Shown here: piece by piece, positions 8,779 through 17,979 of the stretch | Layout of the letters: each line of letters begins with the position of its first letter | Position numbering within the stretch: position 1 is the first letter of the stretch | Assembly: GCA_963827235.1 (NCBI GenBank) | Contig: CAWHAE010000012.1 | Location: 1,024,001 to 1,088,000, forward strand | Reading direction: 5' to 3' | Source of the DNA: an uncultured bacterium | Lineage (GTDB): Bacteria > Chloroflexota > UBA5177 > JANWHV01 | DNA length: 64,000 nt | Program-made: the position numbers and the translations under genes | The notes under the pieces: generated by a model | The model's input: only the letters and a program-made list of their open reading frames with translations | What the model was told of the DNA's origin: nothing | Databases searched by the model: none

Positions 8779-9300
8779 ATGTCAAGCAACAAGATGGATG
8801 GGAGAGTGTTTTCGGACGAGGAGACTGCCGTGTGGCGAGGACTGCTCTACGTCCACATGAGAGTGCTGCGGGAGCTCGATCAGGAGCTGACCCGTCGACA
8901 CGGTCTGCCCGTGCGGGAGTTTGACGTGCTCATGACCCTGTTCCGGGCGCCGGATTGGCGCCTGCGTATGTCGGAGCTGGCGGAGCGCGTGCTGCTCTCT
9001 CCCAGCGGCCTGACCCGCATGATAGAACGTCTCGAGCGCGAGGGCTGGGTTCAGCGGCGGATCGATCCGGGGGACGCGCGCAGCTACCACGCGACCCTCA
9101 CCGAGCGCGGCGCGCAGCGCCTGGCGGAAGCCAGGGTCACGCACAACGCTATTATTCGCGCACAGTTCATCGATCGCCTGAGCGCCGACGAGTTGCACGA
9201 CCTGGCGACGATCTGGAAGAAGGTGCTGCGAGAGCAGGCGCCGGTGCTCGCCGACGTCGACAGACCGCGCGCCGGTACTCTCCACGGCGCTGCCGGCTGA
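8779..9300 (+). CDS. MarR family transcriptional regulator
   Basis: LRMSELAERVLLSPSGLTRMIERLEREGWVQRRIDPGDAR...LTERG winged helix. Confidence 0.95.
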   Translation: MSSNKMDGRVFSDEETAVWRGLLYVHMRVLRELDQELTRRHGLPVREFDVLMTLFRAPDWRLRMSELAERVLLSPSGLTRMIERLEREGWVQRRIDPGDARSYHATLTERGAQRLAEARVTHNAIIRAQFIDRLSADELHDLATIWKKVLREQAPVLADVDRPRAGTLHGAAG

Positions 9301-9397
9301 GCCGGCCCGTCCCTGCCACCCGACGGTAGCTGGAGGCTCGTCGGCCGGTCCTATCGCAGCTTGAGGCCCCGTCGCCGGACCAGGCGCGCGGCTGTGC

Positions 9398-9442
9398 TTG
9401 ACGAGCGGAGCGTCTCGTGATAGTTTGCATGTGCAAGCAAAT
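9398..9442 (+). promoter_or_regulatory. Sigma70-type promoter overlapped by MarR operator copy 2
   Basis: TTGACG-17 bp-TAGTTT with extended TG. GTTTGCATGTGCAAGCAAAT (9423-9442) is 17/20 identical to 8741-8760. Confidence 0.7.
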
Positions 9443-9586
9443 GGTGGCCACTTGGCTTCGCGGCCAGGGCGTACGGCGCTGCCACTGCTGCAGCGGCTTG
9501 TGCCAGTGGGCGGCTCCAGACGAGATCGGGTGGGCCACGGGCACGGCGCTAGGGTTCGTGCATCGATGCTCGCGAGGAGGTAATCG

Positions 9587-9751
9587 ATGACCCCAAGCTT
9601 CATGAACGCGCCGGCATACGTCTTCCACTGGCAGATCTTCTCGGTCGACATCTATATCTCGGCGGCAAACCTGATCGTGATCGTCGTGATGCTGCTCACG
9701 TTTGCCCTTGCCCTTACGCTTCCCCATCCAGCAGGAAGGAAGTCCCGATGA
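9587..9751 (+). CDS. 54-aa single-TM protein, first gene of the cytochrome b operon
   Basis: GAGGAGGT RBS; MTPSFMNAPAYVFHWQIFSVDIYISAANLIVIVVMLLTFALALTLPHPAGRKSR; ATGA overlap with cyt b. Not in the ORF track. Confidence 0.75.
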   Translation: MTPSFMNAPAYVFHWQIFSVDIYISAANLIVIVVMLLTFALALTLPHPAGRKSR

Positions 9752-10353
9752 GCATGACGCGCAAGCTGCAGCAGGGGCTGTCCGAGAACCTCCCCTACGA
9801 GGAGCTGCTGCCGTACGAGCAGCCTGCCTACGTCCAGAGCTATGTCTACCTGTTTGGCGTCGCCACGATCGCCAGCTTCATCCTGCTGATCGCCTCCGGC
9901 ATCGTGCTGGCCGCATTCGGCCCGCAGTGGTGGCATTCATCCGGTGCCGGCCACTTCTTCAACAGCGTACACTTCTGGTCGGTGCAGGCATTCTTCTTCT
10001 TCATGGTGCTGCACCTCTGGACCACTTTCTTCCAGGCGGCTTGGCGTGATGGGCGCGGACTGACCTGGGCGGCCGGCATGGTCACTTTCCTCATCTCGAT
10101 CGTCACCGCGTTCACCGGCTACCTGTCGCAGCAGAACTTCGATGCGCAGTGGATCGCCATCCAGGGCAAAGACGCCATGAACTCCATAGGGGTCGGCGCA
10201 TTCTTCAACCTGTTGAACTTCGGCCAGATGTACGGCTTCCACATCTTCATCCTCCCCTGGGTCGTGGCCGGCCTGATCGGCGTGCACCTGCTGCTCGTGC
10301 GCATCAAGGGCGTCGTCAAGCCGTATGCCGACGGAGAGGAGGTGCGATCGTGA
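9748..10353 (+). CDS. Cytochrome b/b6 N-terminal domain protein
   Basis: Heme ligands H-x13-H (VHFWSVQAFFFFMVLH) and H-x14-H (FHIFILPWVVAGLIGVH), plus TW.AG and AFTGYL. Confidence 0.9.
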   Translation: MSMTRKLQQGLSENLPYEELLPYEQPAYVQSYVYLFGVATIASFILLIASGIVLAAFGPQWWHSSGAGHFFNSVHFWSVQAFFFFMVLHLWTTFFQAAWRDGRGLTWAAGMVTFLISIVTAFTGYLSQQNFDAQWIAIQGKDAMNSIGVGAFFNLLNFGQMYGFHIFILPWVVAGLIGVHLLLVRIKGVVKPYADGEEVRS

Positions 10354-11342
10354 TCGCGCGCAAGAAGATCTACTACCAGGGCATTCGCATGGCGCCCTAC
10401 GATCTCGTTAAGGAGCTCTGTCTGACCCTTGGAGTGGTGACGCTGCTGGTCGTGATCCTGTCCGCCATATTCTCCTCGCCCGACGAGCCGCCGCTTACCC
10501 TGCAGAGCGTCGCGCGCACCACACCGCAGACCTACGTACAAACGGCGCTGGACGAGCTCGACGGCAACAGCCCGATCGCGGGCTATGGTCCACCATACAA
10601 CAATAGCACCGGCTCGGTGCAGTACATCGGGCCGCTCTCCGTGCAGAAGTTGTTCGGCGTCCATATCCCGATCGACACCGCGCAGGACTTCGTGCTGGGC
10701 CCGCTCTCGCAAGTGGCGCCTACCAATCCCTCGTGGAAGGCAGCCCTGGCCCGGTTCAATGCCGCGTCGCCGAAGCAGCAGGCCGACTGGGAGAGCGCCT
10801 ACGACACGGCCCTAGGGAAGGCCACGCAGTCGGGCCTCAGTCTCTCGGTGCCGAGCTGCGCCTGCGGCCCGGTTGCCACGATGCTATCCGCCATGCTCGA
10901 GCTAGGGCAGCAGGGAGCGATGGATGGCCTCCTGTTGACAAACGGCCACTTTTATCAAACCGACTACACCCGGCCACTGCTCTTCATGCAGAACGATGCC
11001 GTGACCAATCGTGCCGGCCAGCTCCACCTGCAGGGCTCGCAGTGGGGCGTGATGAACGAGACCGGCAACTACCCCGGGCAGGCATGGCTCTGGCTCTACA
11101 CGCTCTTCTACCAGATACCGCCCTACACGACGGCCTGGGCAGCCAACACCGATCTCCTGGCAGTGCTCAGCGTGACCATTCTGTCTCTGCTCTTGCTGTT
11201 TCTGCCCTGGATTCCAGGCCTGAACCGTCTGCCGCGTGCCCTCAAGGTCTACCGGCTGATCTGGAAGGATCATTATCGGGAACAGGCCACGCCGCCACCT
11301 GCCGCGCCTGCGAGCCCACCCGTGGCAGGAACGAGCCACTGA
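10350..11342 (+). CDS. Cytochrome b partner (subunit IV-like) membrane protein with a large extracytoplasmic insertion
   Basis: GTGA overlap and GAGGAGGT RBS; PYDLVKE-TM, about 200-aa loop, YPGQAWLWLY, then TM LLLFLPWIPG. Confidence 0.75.
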   Translation: MIARKKIYYQGIRMAPYDLVKELCLTLGVVTLLVVILSAIFSSPDEPPLTLQSVARTTPQTYVQTALDELDGNSPIAGYGPPYNNSTGSVQYIGPLSVQKLFGVHIPIDTAQDFVLGPLSQVAPTNPSWKAALARFNAASPKQQADWESAYDTALGKATQSGLSLSVPSCACGPVATMLSAMLELGQQGAMDGLLLTNGHFYQTDYTRPLLFMQNDAVTNRAGQLHLQGSQWGVMNETGNYPGQAWLWLYTLFYQIPPYTTAWAANTDLLAVLSVTILSLLLLFLPWIPGLNRLPRALKVYRLIWKDHYREQATPPPAAPASPPVAGTSH

Positions 11343-11587
11343 TGGACCGGCACGCGCTGCAGTCGCACGTTCTCGTTCTACTGGCCGCGCTCTGCGGCGT
11401 CGTCGGCATGGCGGTCGTGTATTCGGCCGCCGCCGACGGCAAGCCGGGGGACTTGACGCTGGGCCTGCCGCTGCTCCTCATCGGACTTTGGTGGTCCGGC
11501 ATCCAGCTCGGGCGCAGCCAGGCAGCCGTCCGTGCCCGTCGAACGGCCCGGACGCAAGCCCGACCCCCGAACAAGATCGGCAGGTGA
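11342..11587 (+). CDS. Small two-TM membrane protein
   Basis: TGATG overlap with the previous gene; MDRHALQSHVLVLLAALCGVVG...LGLPLLLIGLWW. Confidence 0.65.
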   Translation: MDRHALQSHVLVLLAALCGVVGMAVVYSAAADGKPGDLTLGLPLLLIGLWWSGIQLGRSQAAVRARRTARTQARPPNKIGR

Positions 11588-11668
11588 GGGTAGCCGGGGG
11601 CTCCACGCGCGCGATGGCGCACGGTATGGACTCGACATGCATCAGTGCGCCCGGCGATGCGGTGCTCG

Positions 11669-12199
11669 CTATTGCAGCGACTTGAGCAGGCCCGCAGCCA
11701 GTTCCTGTCGCTCGGCACTGGTCAGTGCTGCCTTGGGATGCATGAGCGTGTAGTAGCTGGGCGGCATGTCGCCCCTGCTCACCGCGTCCGCTGCCCTGCT
11801 CGCCTGCCGGGCAGGCGATCTGCCGCCGTAGCCAGCGCCGGTTTGCCACTCGGAGAAGTTGAGCCGATTTCGCCCTCTGACCACGTCGTATGTGACCAGC
11901 CACGACACCGGCGCCACGTGGCTGTACCAGGGCCAGGTCGTCGCATTGCTGTGGCAGTCGTAGCAGGCGTCGCGCACCAGCGTCGCGGTGCGGGCGCTGT
12001 CCCAGGTGGGCTGGCCGGTCACCCGCGGATTCGTCTGCAGCAGCCACACCGGCACGAGCTGCGCGAGGACGAACAATCCAATCAAGATCAGCACGAGCCT
12101 CTTGGGGCGCAGCCATGGTCCGTACCACGGTGTCGCACTTCGTTCAGGCAGGCCTCCGCCCGGCATTGTCCTATCAGACGGCCCGCCACGAGACTCCAT
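11669..12199 (-). CDS. Membrane-anchored c-type cytochrome (Haem_bd family)
   Basis: TM, ACYDCHSNATTWPWYSHVAPVSW, LNFSEW, MPP..Y...HP; GAAGGAG RBS. Confidence 0.9.
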   Translation of the reverse strand: MESRGGPSDRTMPGGGLPERSATPWYGPWLRPKRLVLILIGLFVLAQLVPVWLLQTNPRVTGQPTWDSARTATLVRDACYDCHSNATTWPWYSHVAPVSWLVTYDVVRGRNRLNFSEWQTGAGYGGRSPARQASRAADAVSRGDMPPSYYTLMHPKAALTSAERQELAAGLLKSLQ

Positions 12200-12383
12200 G
12201 GTGTGCTCCTTCTTGCTCACAACTCGTACGCCAACAGCCTAGCGTACGCCGAGATGTCCAGTCTATAGGCTGTTGCCGACCAGTCGGCCGTAGCGAGTTC
12301 GCCGGCTCGTCTGGCCCAGCGGCGAGTTCGGCCACCGGTGTGACTACGTCTCCACCGGCAGCCGCACCCAGGGCACAGGGCGC

Positions 12384-12842
12384 CTACATCAGGTGCGCCT
12401 GCTTGAGCGCCGCCAGCAGCGACTGGTAGAATGCCTCGCTGGTCATCGTGGCACCGGAGATGGCATAGATGTTCTTGATGTTGGCCGCGGTCTTGGCCTG
12501 CAGCACTTCCTGGCGCAACATGGGGATGGCCTGGTTGTTGATGAATGCCGAGCGAGCGCGCTCGGTCGGCGCCGTGGCCGAGAGATCGGTGACTGTCTTG
12601 CCCGTCACCACGATGGTCACCTGCACCGGACCCCACTGCATGTTCGCGCTGGGTCCGACATATTTGTGCGCCGATGCCGGTTTCGCCTTCGCCTTGGCGA
12701 CGGGCGTGCGCGTCGCAGTAACCGCGGGCTTGGACGCCTGCGCCACGGAACCATGGGCGGGTCCATACCAGGCCACGGCTGCGGCTACCGGGAGCGCGGC
12801 GATCGTGGTGGCGTATAGGGTGGTACGAAGCTGGTTCTGCAT
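12384..12842 (-). CDS. Secreted FMN-binding (flavinylation target) protein
   Basis: Signal peptide, WGPVQVTIVV and flavinylation motif AISGATMTS. Confidence 0.9.
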   Translation of the reverse strand: MQNQLRTTLYATTIAALPVAAAVAWYGPAHGSVAQASKPAVTATRTPVAKAKAKPASAHKYVGPSANMQWGPVQVTIVVTGKTVTDLSATAPTERARSAFINNQAIPMLRQEVLQAKTAANIKNIYAISGATMTSEAFYQSLLAALKQAHLM

Positions 12843-12885
12843 GGTCTTCTTCTCCATGTGGATCATGCTGTTGGTCGCGCGATAG

Positions 12886-14271
12886 CTAGAGCGCGAAGCG
12901 TTCGGAATGGATGTGCTTGCGCGGCACGTTGGCGCGCCGCAGGTCGCGGTCCACCGCGCGCATCATAGGCGGCGGTCCGCAGAGATAGACGTCGCGGTCG
13001 ACGATGTCGGGCACGAGCTGCCGAAGGTGATCAGGGGAAAGCAGATCGCGGAATTCCGGGCGTGCGTGGTCCCCGAGCACGAAGTGCAACGTGAAGCCGC
13101 GCTCCTGTGCCAGCCGCTCGAGCTCCTCCCGGAAGACGAGATCCGTAGCCGAGATGGCCCGGTAGATGAGGGTGAGATCGCCCGGCATCGCCTCCGCCAT
13201 GGCGCGAATCGGCGTGATACCGATGCCGCCTGCGATGAAGAGCACGCGCTCGCAGCGCCGCGCCACGTCGGTGAAGACGCCGAACGGCCCTTCGGCAAGC
13301 ACGCGCGTGCCGGGCACAATCTCGCCCACGCGGCCGGTGAAGTCTCCGGAGGCCTTCACGGTGATGCGCAGCGACCGCTGCCCGGAAGCCTCGGAGAGCG
13401 AGAAGGGGTGGCACTCCCACCAGCGGCCCCGGCTGAGAAAGCGCCACAGAAAGAACTGACCCGGACGCACGCGGAGCCGCTCGAGGCCGCGGCCCGTGAT
13501 GCGCAGGGATACGACGCCGGGACTTTCGACAACCACAGACTCCACGCGCATGCGGTAACGCAGCGCCTGGCCGACCGGCATCAGGATCCGGAACCACACG
13601 AGCACCGCGGCCGTGGCGACGTAGAGCGACGTCCAATAGGTCGCCGCGGCCGGGTTCGCGGTCAGCTCGTTGCCGGTTGGGATCTGGTGAAACCAGGCAA
13701 GGGCGATGCCCAGGTACACCAGAAGATGGACCGCATACCAGGCCTCGTAGCGGAAGTGCCGGCGCACGATGACCAGTGAGGTGACCACCGTGCCAATCAT
13801 CACCACGGTGCCGATCGTGGCCGCGATCATGCCCGGGTAGTCCAGAACCAGGCGCGAAATCTCGGTGGGGACCACGACCTGATCCATCGACGCGTAGCCG
13901 ACGGTGATGAACACCACGTGTGCGAGCACCAGACAAAGGCAGAGTTTGCCATTGAGCCGGTGCCAGACCGTGAGCCGGTCGAAACCAAGTGCACGCTCAA
14001 GCCAGGGCAAACGAGCGAGCAGCAGTACCTGGATCAGGGCCAGGTAAGCGCTGAGCAGCCCGGTCAGCCGCCCGATACTGGTCCACAGGTCTCCCCAGCC
14101 GTGCACTGCAGAGATGTTCTTGCCGGATACCCAGAGCCACACAATCGCCAGCGCGTTGGCCGTCACGATCGCTGCGAGCGCCCAGGCAGGCGCGGTCCGG
14201 GAGTCCGGGCCTCGGCGGCGCGCCGTGACGAGCCGGCTATCCCGCCAGTTCTGTGCGAGTCCCATGCTCAT
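12886..14271 (-). CDS. Ferric reductase-like TM domain plus FAD/NAD-binding oxidoreductase
   Basis: Six TMs with His ligands (WHRLNG, LAHVV, VHLLVY, WFHQ), plus PGQF, HPFSLS, IAGGIGITP, YLCGP and ERFAL. Confidence 0.92.
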   Translation of the reverse strand: MSMGLAQNWRDSRLVTARRRGPDSRTAPAWALAAIVTANALAIVWLWVSGKNISAVHGWGDLWTSIGRLTGLLSAYLALIQVLLLARLPWLERALGFDRLTVWHRLNGKLCLCLVLAHVVFITVGYASMDQVVVPTEISRLVLDYPGMIAATIGTVVMIGTVVTSLVIVRRHFRYEAWYAVHLLVYLGIALAWFHQIPTGNELTANPAAATYWTSLYVATAAVLVWFRILMPVGQALRYRMRVESVVVESPGVVSLRITGRGLERLRVRPGQFFLWRFLSRGRWWECHPFSLSEASGQRSLRITVKASGDFTGRVGEIVPGTRVLAEGPFGVFTDVARRCERVLFIAGGIGITPIRAMAEAMPGDLTLIYRAISATDLVFREELERLAQERGFTLHFVLGDHARPEFRDLLSPDHLRQLVPDIVDRDVYLCGPPPMMRAVDRDLRRANVPRKHIHSERFAL

Positions 14272-14277
14272 CGCGGC

Positions 14278-14364
14278 TCACCCCACCCAGCTTGGGTTGG
14301 ACATTAGGAAGCGTCGTAGCGACCTCGCACGTGACTGCATGCCACGTTTCATGGTGCTGTTCAT
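14278..14364 (-). CDS. 28-aa upstream ORF or leader peptide
   Basis: GGAGGT RBS; MNSTMKRGMQSRARSLRRFLMSNPSWVG; its TGA is in frame with ATG 14271. Confidence 0.35.
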   Translation of the reverse strand: MNSTMKRGMQSRARSLRRFLMSNPSWVG

Positions 14365-14713
14365 GGCACCTCCATCGTTGATAGTGGTGAAAGATGCGCC
14401 GTTGCAAGATGTGAGGATCTTGCTCCGAGGCCCACAGACTCAGGCATGGTGCGGAACGCCGCGTTGCTGGCCGGCAAAGCGACGCCGTCCCGGCCCACCA
14501 CGCGGCGCAGTTAGCACGACGAGATCTGCATGCCGGCGCGCCGGCGACGTCATAGTCGCAGCTCGCAGTGCACGCGGGTCGACGTGATCTGTTCCGGCGC
14601 GGTGCCGGGCGGGCGATGGGGCCGCCCGTATTTCAACAGTACAGTCCGGCCATGAAGAATCGATGACGGTGGCCATGACAATTCGATGACACACGCCGTC
14701 GAGCTTCCCGGTG

Positions 14714-15250
14714 CTACAGGTGGGCGGCTGCCAGAGCCGCCTGAAGCGATCCGAGGTACGACTCGCTCGTGTACGTGGCGCCGGAGACGGCATTGATGTT
14801 CGCGCTTTGCGCCTGCAACGTCTCGCTGCGCAGGATCGGTACGGCCTGCGAATTAATGTAGGCGGAGCGCGGATTATCTTGCGGCGCTGTGATGATCGCG
14901 TCGGTGATCTTGTTCCCGGTAACGACCAGGGTGACTTGCACGGTTCCGAACCGGTTCTGTTCGGCAGTCCCCGTGTAGGTCCGCGCTGCGCCTGACGTCG
15001 AGGTGGCGGCGCCGGAGGCTGTCGCTCCTCCCGCACCGGACGAGCCGCCCGAGGCGGCGCTGCCCGCCGTGGGCGTGGCCGCGGAGAGAGCCGTCGTTTG
15101 CCCGGGCGACTGCCGGGGCGCCAGAGCCACAAGCTGCGTCGATGGCGATGCATGTGCCAATATCTCCGCCGCGGTGACCACCGGTATTGCCGTAGCGGCC
15201 ACCACCATCGCGGCCGGAATCAGTCGAGACGCCTTGCTTCGTGATTTCAT
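14714..15250 (-). CDS. Secreted FMN-binding protein, second paralog
   Basis: Signal peptide, S/G/A/T linker, FGTVQVTLVV and AVSGATYTS. Confidence 0.9.
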   Translation of the reverse strand: MKSRSKASRLIPAAMVVAATAIPVVTAAEILAHASPSTQLVALAPRQSPGQTTALSAATPTAGSAASGGSSGAGGATASGAATSTSGAARTYTGTAEQNRFGTVQVTLVVTGNKITDAIITAPQDNPRSAYINSQAVPILRSETLQAQSANINAVSGATYTSESYLGSLQAALAAAHL

Positions 15251-15265
15251 ATCCAGGTCTTCTTA

Positions 15266-16732
15266 CTAAAACGCGAACTCGTCGACATGGATCAGGGCTT
15301 TGGGCACGCCCAGCCTGAGCAGGGCACGCTTGAGAGACCGAATCATGCCGGTCGGGCCACAGAGGTAGACGTCGCGCGTCGCGATATCGGGTACCAGGCT
15401 GCGCAGATGCTCGCGGGACAGCAGATGGGCATTACCCGGGATGCGACGGTCGCCCAGAACGTACCGGATTCGCGCGCCGCGCTCGCGGGCAAGGCTCTCC
15501 AGCTCGTCCCGAAACACGATCTCTCCGGCGTGGCTGGCGCGGTAGATGAGCACCACGTCGCCCTGCATATCTTCCAACAGCGCGCGGATGGGCGTGATCC
15601 CCACACCGCCGGCGATCAGGGCCACGCGACCCTGCGTCCGCGCTTCCTTCGTGAAGGAGCCAAACGGGCCTTCTGCCATCACGAACGTGCCGGGCTTCAC
15701 GCGGACCATGTCCCTGCTGAAGTCGCCAAGGGCCTTGATTGTAATGCGGAACGACCTGCCGTCTGGGGCGGCCGAAAGCGAGTACGGGTGAGATTCAAGC
15801 CAGCGTTCGCGGTCGAGGAATCGCCAGAGGAACCACTGGCCGGGCCGCGCGTTGAGCCAGTCGAGATGGTGCCCGCTGATGCGCAGCGACACTACGCCGG
15901 GTCCCTCGCGCGTGACCTCGGTCACGCGCATTCGATGCCAGAGGAAGCCAACCAGCGGTTGGAGCACGCGGAACAGTACTACGAGCTGGAGGGTGGCTAC
16001 GTAGAGCGCGGTCCAGAAGGCCGTGGCCAGAGGGTTGCCAAGAAGATCGGCGCCGGTCGGCACCTGGTGAAACCAGGCAAGGAATATGCCCAGGTAGGCC
16101 ATGAGATGAACAAGGAACCATGTTTCGTACCGCATCCGCCGACGGACGATCACAATCGACGTGACCGCCACCAGAACCAGGAGCACCGTGCCGATAAGGG
16201 CCTGCATCATGCCCGGATAGGCGCTCAGGAATGAGCCGGCCTGTGCCACGATGGAGATACGGCTCTGTTGAGCGTAGCCGGCTGTGATGGTGCCAACGTG
16301 TGCAACGATCAGCCCCAGGCTGACCTTGCCGTTCAGCCGATGGCGCTTCATCAACCTGTCGAAGCCCACCGTCCACTCCAGGAAGGGCAGTCGAGCCAGC
16401 AGGAGAATCTGCAGCAGGAGCAGGTAGGAACCGAACAGACCGGTAAAGCGGCCGATGCTGATCAGGAGAGTGGCGGTATCGTGCACGCCGGAAATGCCGC
16501 CGTCCTTGAGCCAGAGCCCGGCGATGATCGCGGCGATGCCATAGAACACCAGCCGCAGACTCCAGGTCACGGTGTCCTTCAGCTCAGCGGTGTCGCGGTG
16601 CTGCGACCGCACCACGGCATTGCCGGGGCGAGACGCCATCCGCGCCACGGGTCGCGTGGGTTCGGCGCGGCGGCTCGCTCCGGCCAGTTGCCGTGATGGG
16701 CGGGCCAGTCCCACGGCAAGGTCGTTTTGCAT
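15266..16732 (-). CDS. Ferric reductase-like TM plus FAD/NAD-binding oxidoreductase, second paralog
   Basis: RHRLNG, VAHV, VHLMAY, WFHQ, PGQW, HPYSLS, IAGGVGITP, YLCGP and DEFAF. Confidence 0.92.
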   Translation of the reverse strand: MQNDLAVGLARPSRQLAGASRRAEPTRPVARMASRPGNAVVRSQHRDTAELKDTVTWSLRLVFYGIAAIIAGLWLKDGGISGVHDTATLLISIGRFTGLFGSYLLLLQILLLARLPFLEWTVGFDRLMKRHRLNGKVSLGLIVAHVGTITAGYAQQSRISIVAQAGSFLSAYPGMMQALIGTVLLVLVAVTSIVIVRRRMRYETWFLVHLMAYLGIFLAWFHQVPTGADLLGNPLATAFWTALYVATLQLVVLFRVLQPLVGFLWHRMRVTEVTREGPGVVSLRISGHHLDWLNARPGQWFLWRFLDRERWLESHPYSLSAAPDGRSFRITIKALGDFSRDMVRVKPGTFVMAEGPFGSFTKEARTQGRVALIAGGVGITPIRALLEDMQGDVVLIYRASHAGEIVFRDELESLARERGARIRYVLGDRRIPGNAHLLSREHLRSLVPDIATRDVYLCGPTGMIRSLKRALLRLGVPKALIHVDEFAF

Positions 16733-16815
16733 CAGTCTATTTCCCTTCAGTGCAAGCAGCGCGCTCAAGTCCGGCGCAGCAGCGCGCAGTCAAACATCGT
16801 AGTGGTCGTGTCTTG

Positions 16816-16859
16816 AGGATAAAGAACGCGGGTGATGAACTCGTGATGGATTTATGACA
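16816..16859 (-). promoter_or_regulatory. Direct-repeat (OmpR/PhoB-like) box plus -10 for the reductase operon
   Basis: Minus strand TGTCAT-N5-CATCAC-N5-CATCAC-N10-TATCCT. Confidence 0.65.
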
Positions 16860-16935
16860 CGAAGATTACAGGCCAGACTGGCGCTGTTGCCTAGCCCGGC
16901 GGCAATTCATCGTACCCGCCGGCCCACCAAATTCC

Positions 16936-16968
16936 CATCATAAATCGTTCATCATCGGCTCCTACGAT
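16936..16968 (+). promoter_or_regulatory. Direct-repeat box plus -10 for the Rieske/cupredoxin operon
   Basis: CATCAT-N5-GTTCAT-N10-TACGAT. Confidence 0.6.
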
Positions 16969-17011
16969 GTGAATCATCACAGAGTTGCTGACGTGAAAGG
17001 AGATTCGTACG

Positions 17012-17953
17012 ATGCGGCAACACAGCTTAAGCCAACTATCCGCCGAGGGCTCGACCGGCGCCGAGCAGGTTTGCCGATCACCTCTGCAGCCCAGAGATCA
17101 GACGGCTAGCCGATGCCCAGGTTGCACGGCTCACGCCGGCGGACCATCGCGATGCGCGCATTCGACTCCCGCGGCGCCCACGGTCAGACGGTCCACCTTC
17201 ATGCGTGCGCTTGGCGCCGCGGCCGGTCTATTCGCCGCGAGCGGCGATTTGGGCTCGATCGCGCGGGCCGCGACGAAGCAAGCACCGGCTGGTTCCAGCG
17301 CGGCCGCTGCCGGGCCGGGCCGGTACCTTGGCAGCGTCAAGTCGCTGGCCGCCAAGCAGGCCGCTATCTACACCGACCCTGCGAGCGGCGATCCGGCCAT
17401 GCTCATCCACCTGGCCAACGGCAAGTACGTGGCCTACGACGCGGTCTGCACGCATGCAGGCTGCACCGTGCAGTTCGATCCTAAGCGCCAGCTGATGGTC
17501 TGCCCGTGTCACGGCGCGACCTACGACCCCGCACAAGGTGCCAAGGTGCTCGGCGGGCCGACCAGCACTCCCCTGGCAGCCCTGGCAGTGCGCGTCGATG
17601 CCGGCCAGAACGTATACGCCCTCGACGCCAAGTCCAACGGCTCGCAGGCAAGCCAGCTCAAGCAGCCGGCGCCCTACACAGGTCAGACGGGCGACGATGG
17701 CGGCTCAAGCACTGGGCGAGGCGCAGGGGATGATGGCGGCACGGGCGGTGGCGGCGACGGCGGCAGCCGCGCACTGCGCACGAGCAGAACCAGGTTGAGC
17801 GCCAGCCAGACCCGGCTCAGTGTGAGCAGCTCGCCGCGCCGCGCAACCACCGGAGCGAGAAGGCCGCGCAACCGCCGGCGGCCCGCCGGCGGCGTGCCAC
17901 GACTCACTGACGACTCGATCGCACTCCGCTCCCTGCAACACGAATCAGTATGA
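17012..17953 (+). CDS. Tat-exported Rieske [2Fe-2S] protein
   Basis: AAGGAG RBS, RRSTFMRALG Tat-like motif, CTHAGC and CPCHGA; low-complexity C-terminal tail of uncertain frame. Confidence 0.85.
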   Translation: MRQHSLSQLSAEGSTGAEQVCRSPLQPRDQTASRCPGCTAHAGGPSRCAHSTPAAPTVRRSTFMRALGAAAGLFAASGDLGSIARAATKQAPAGSSAAAAGPGRYLGSVKSLAAKQAAIYTDPASGDPAMLIHLANGKYVAYDAVCTHAGCTVQFDPKRQLMVCPCHGATYDPAQGAKVLGGPTSTPLAALAVRVDAGQNVYALDAKSNGSQASQLKQPAPYTGQTGDDGGSSTGRGAGDDGGTGGGGDGGSRALRTSRTRLSASQTRLSVSSSPRRATTGARRPRNRRRPAGGVPRLTDDSIALRSLQHESV

Positions 17954-17979
17954 CCAATTATCCGACGAGGAGAAGGCAG

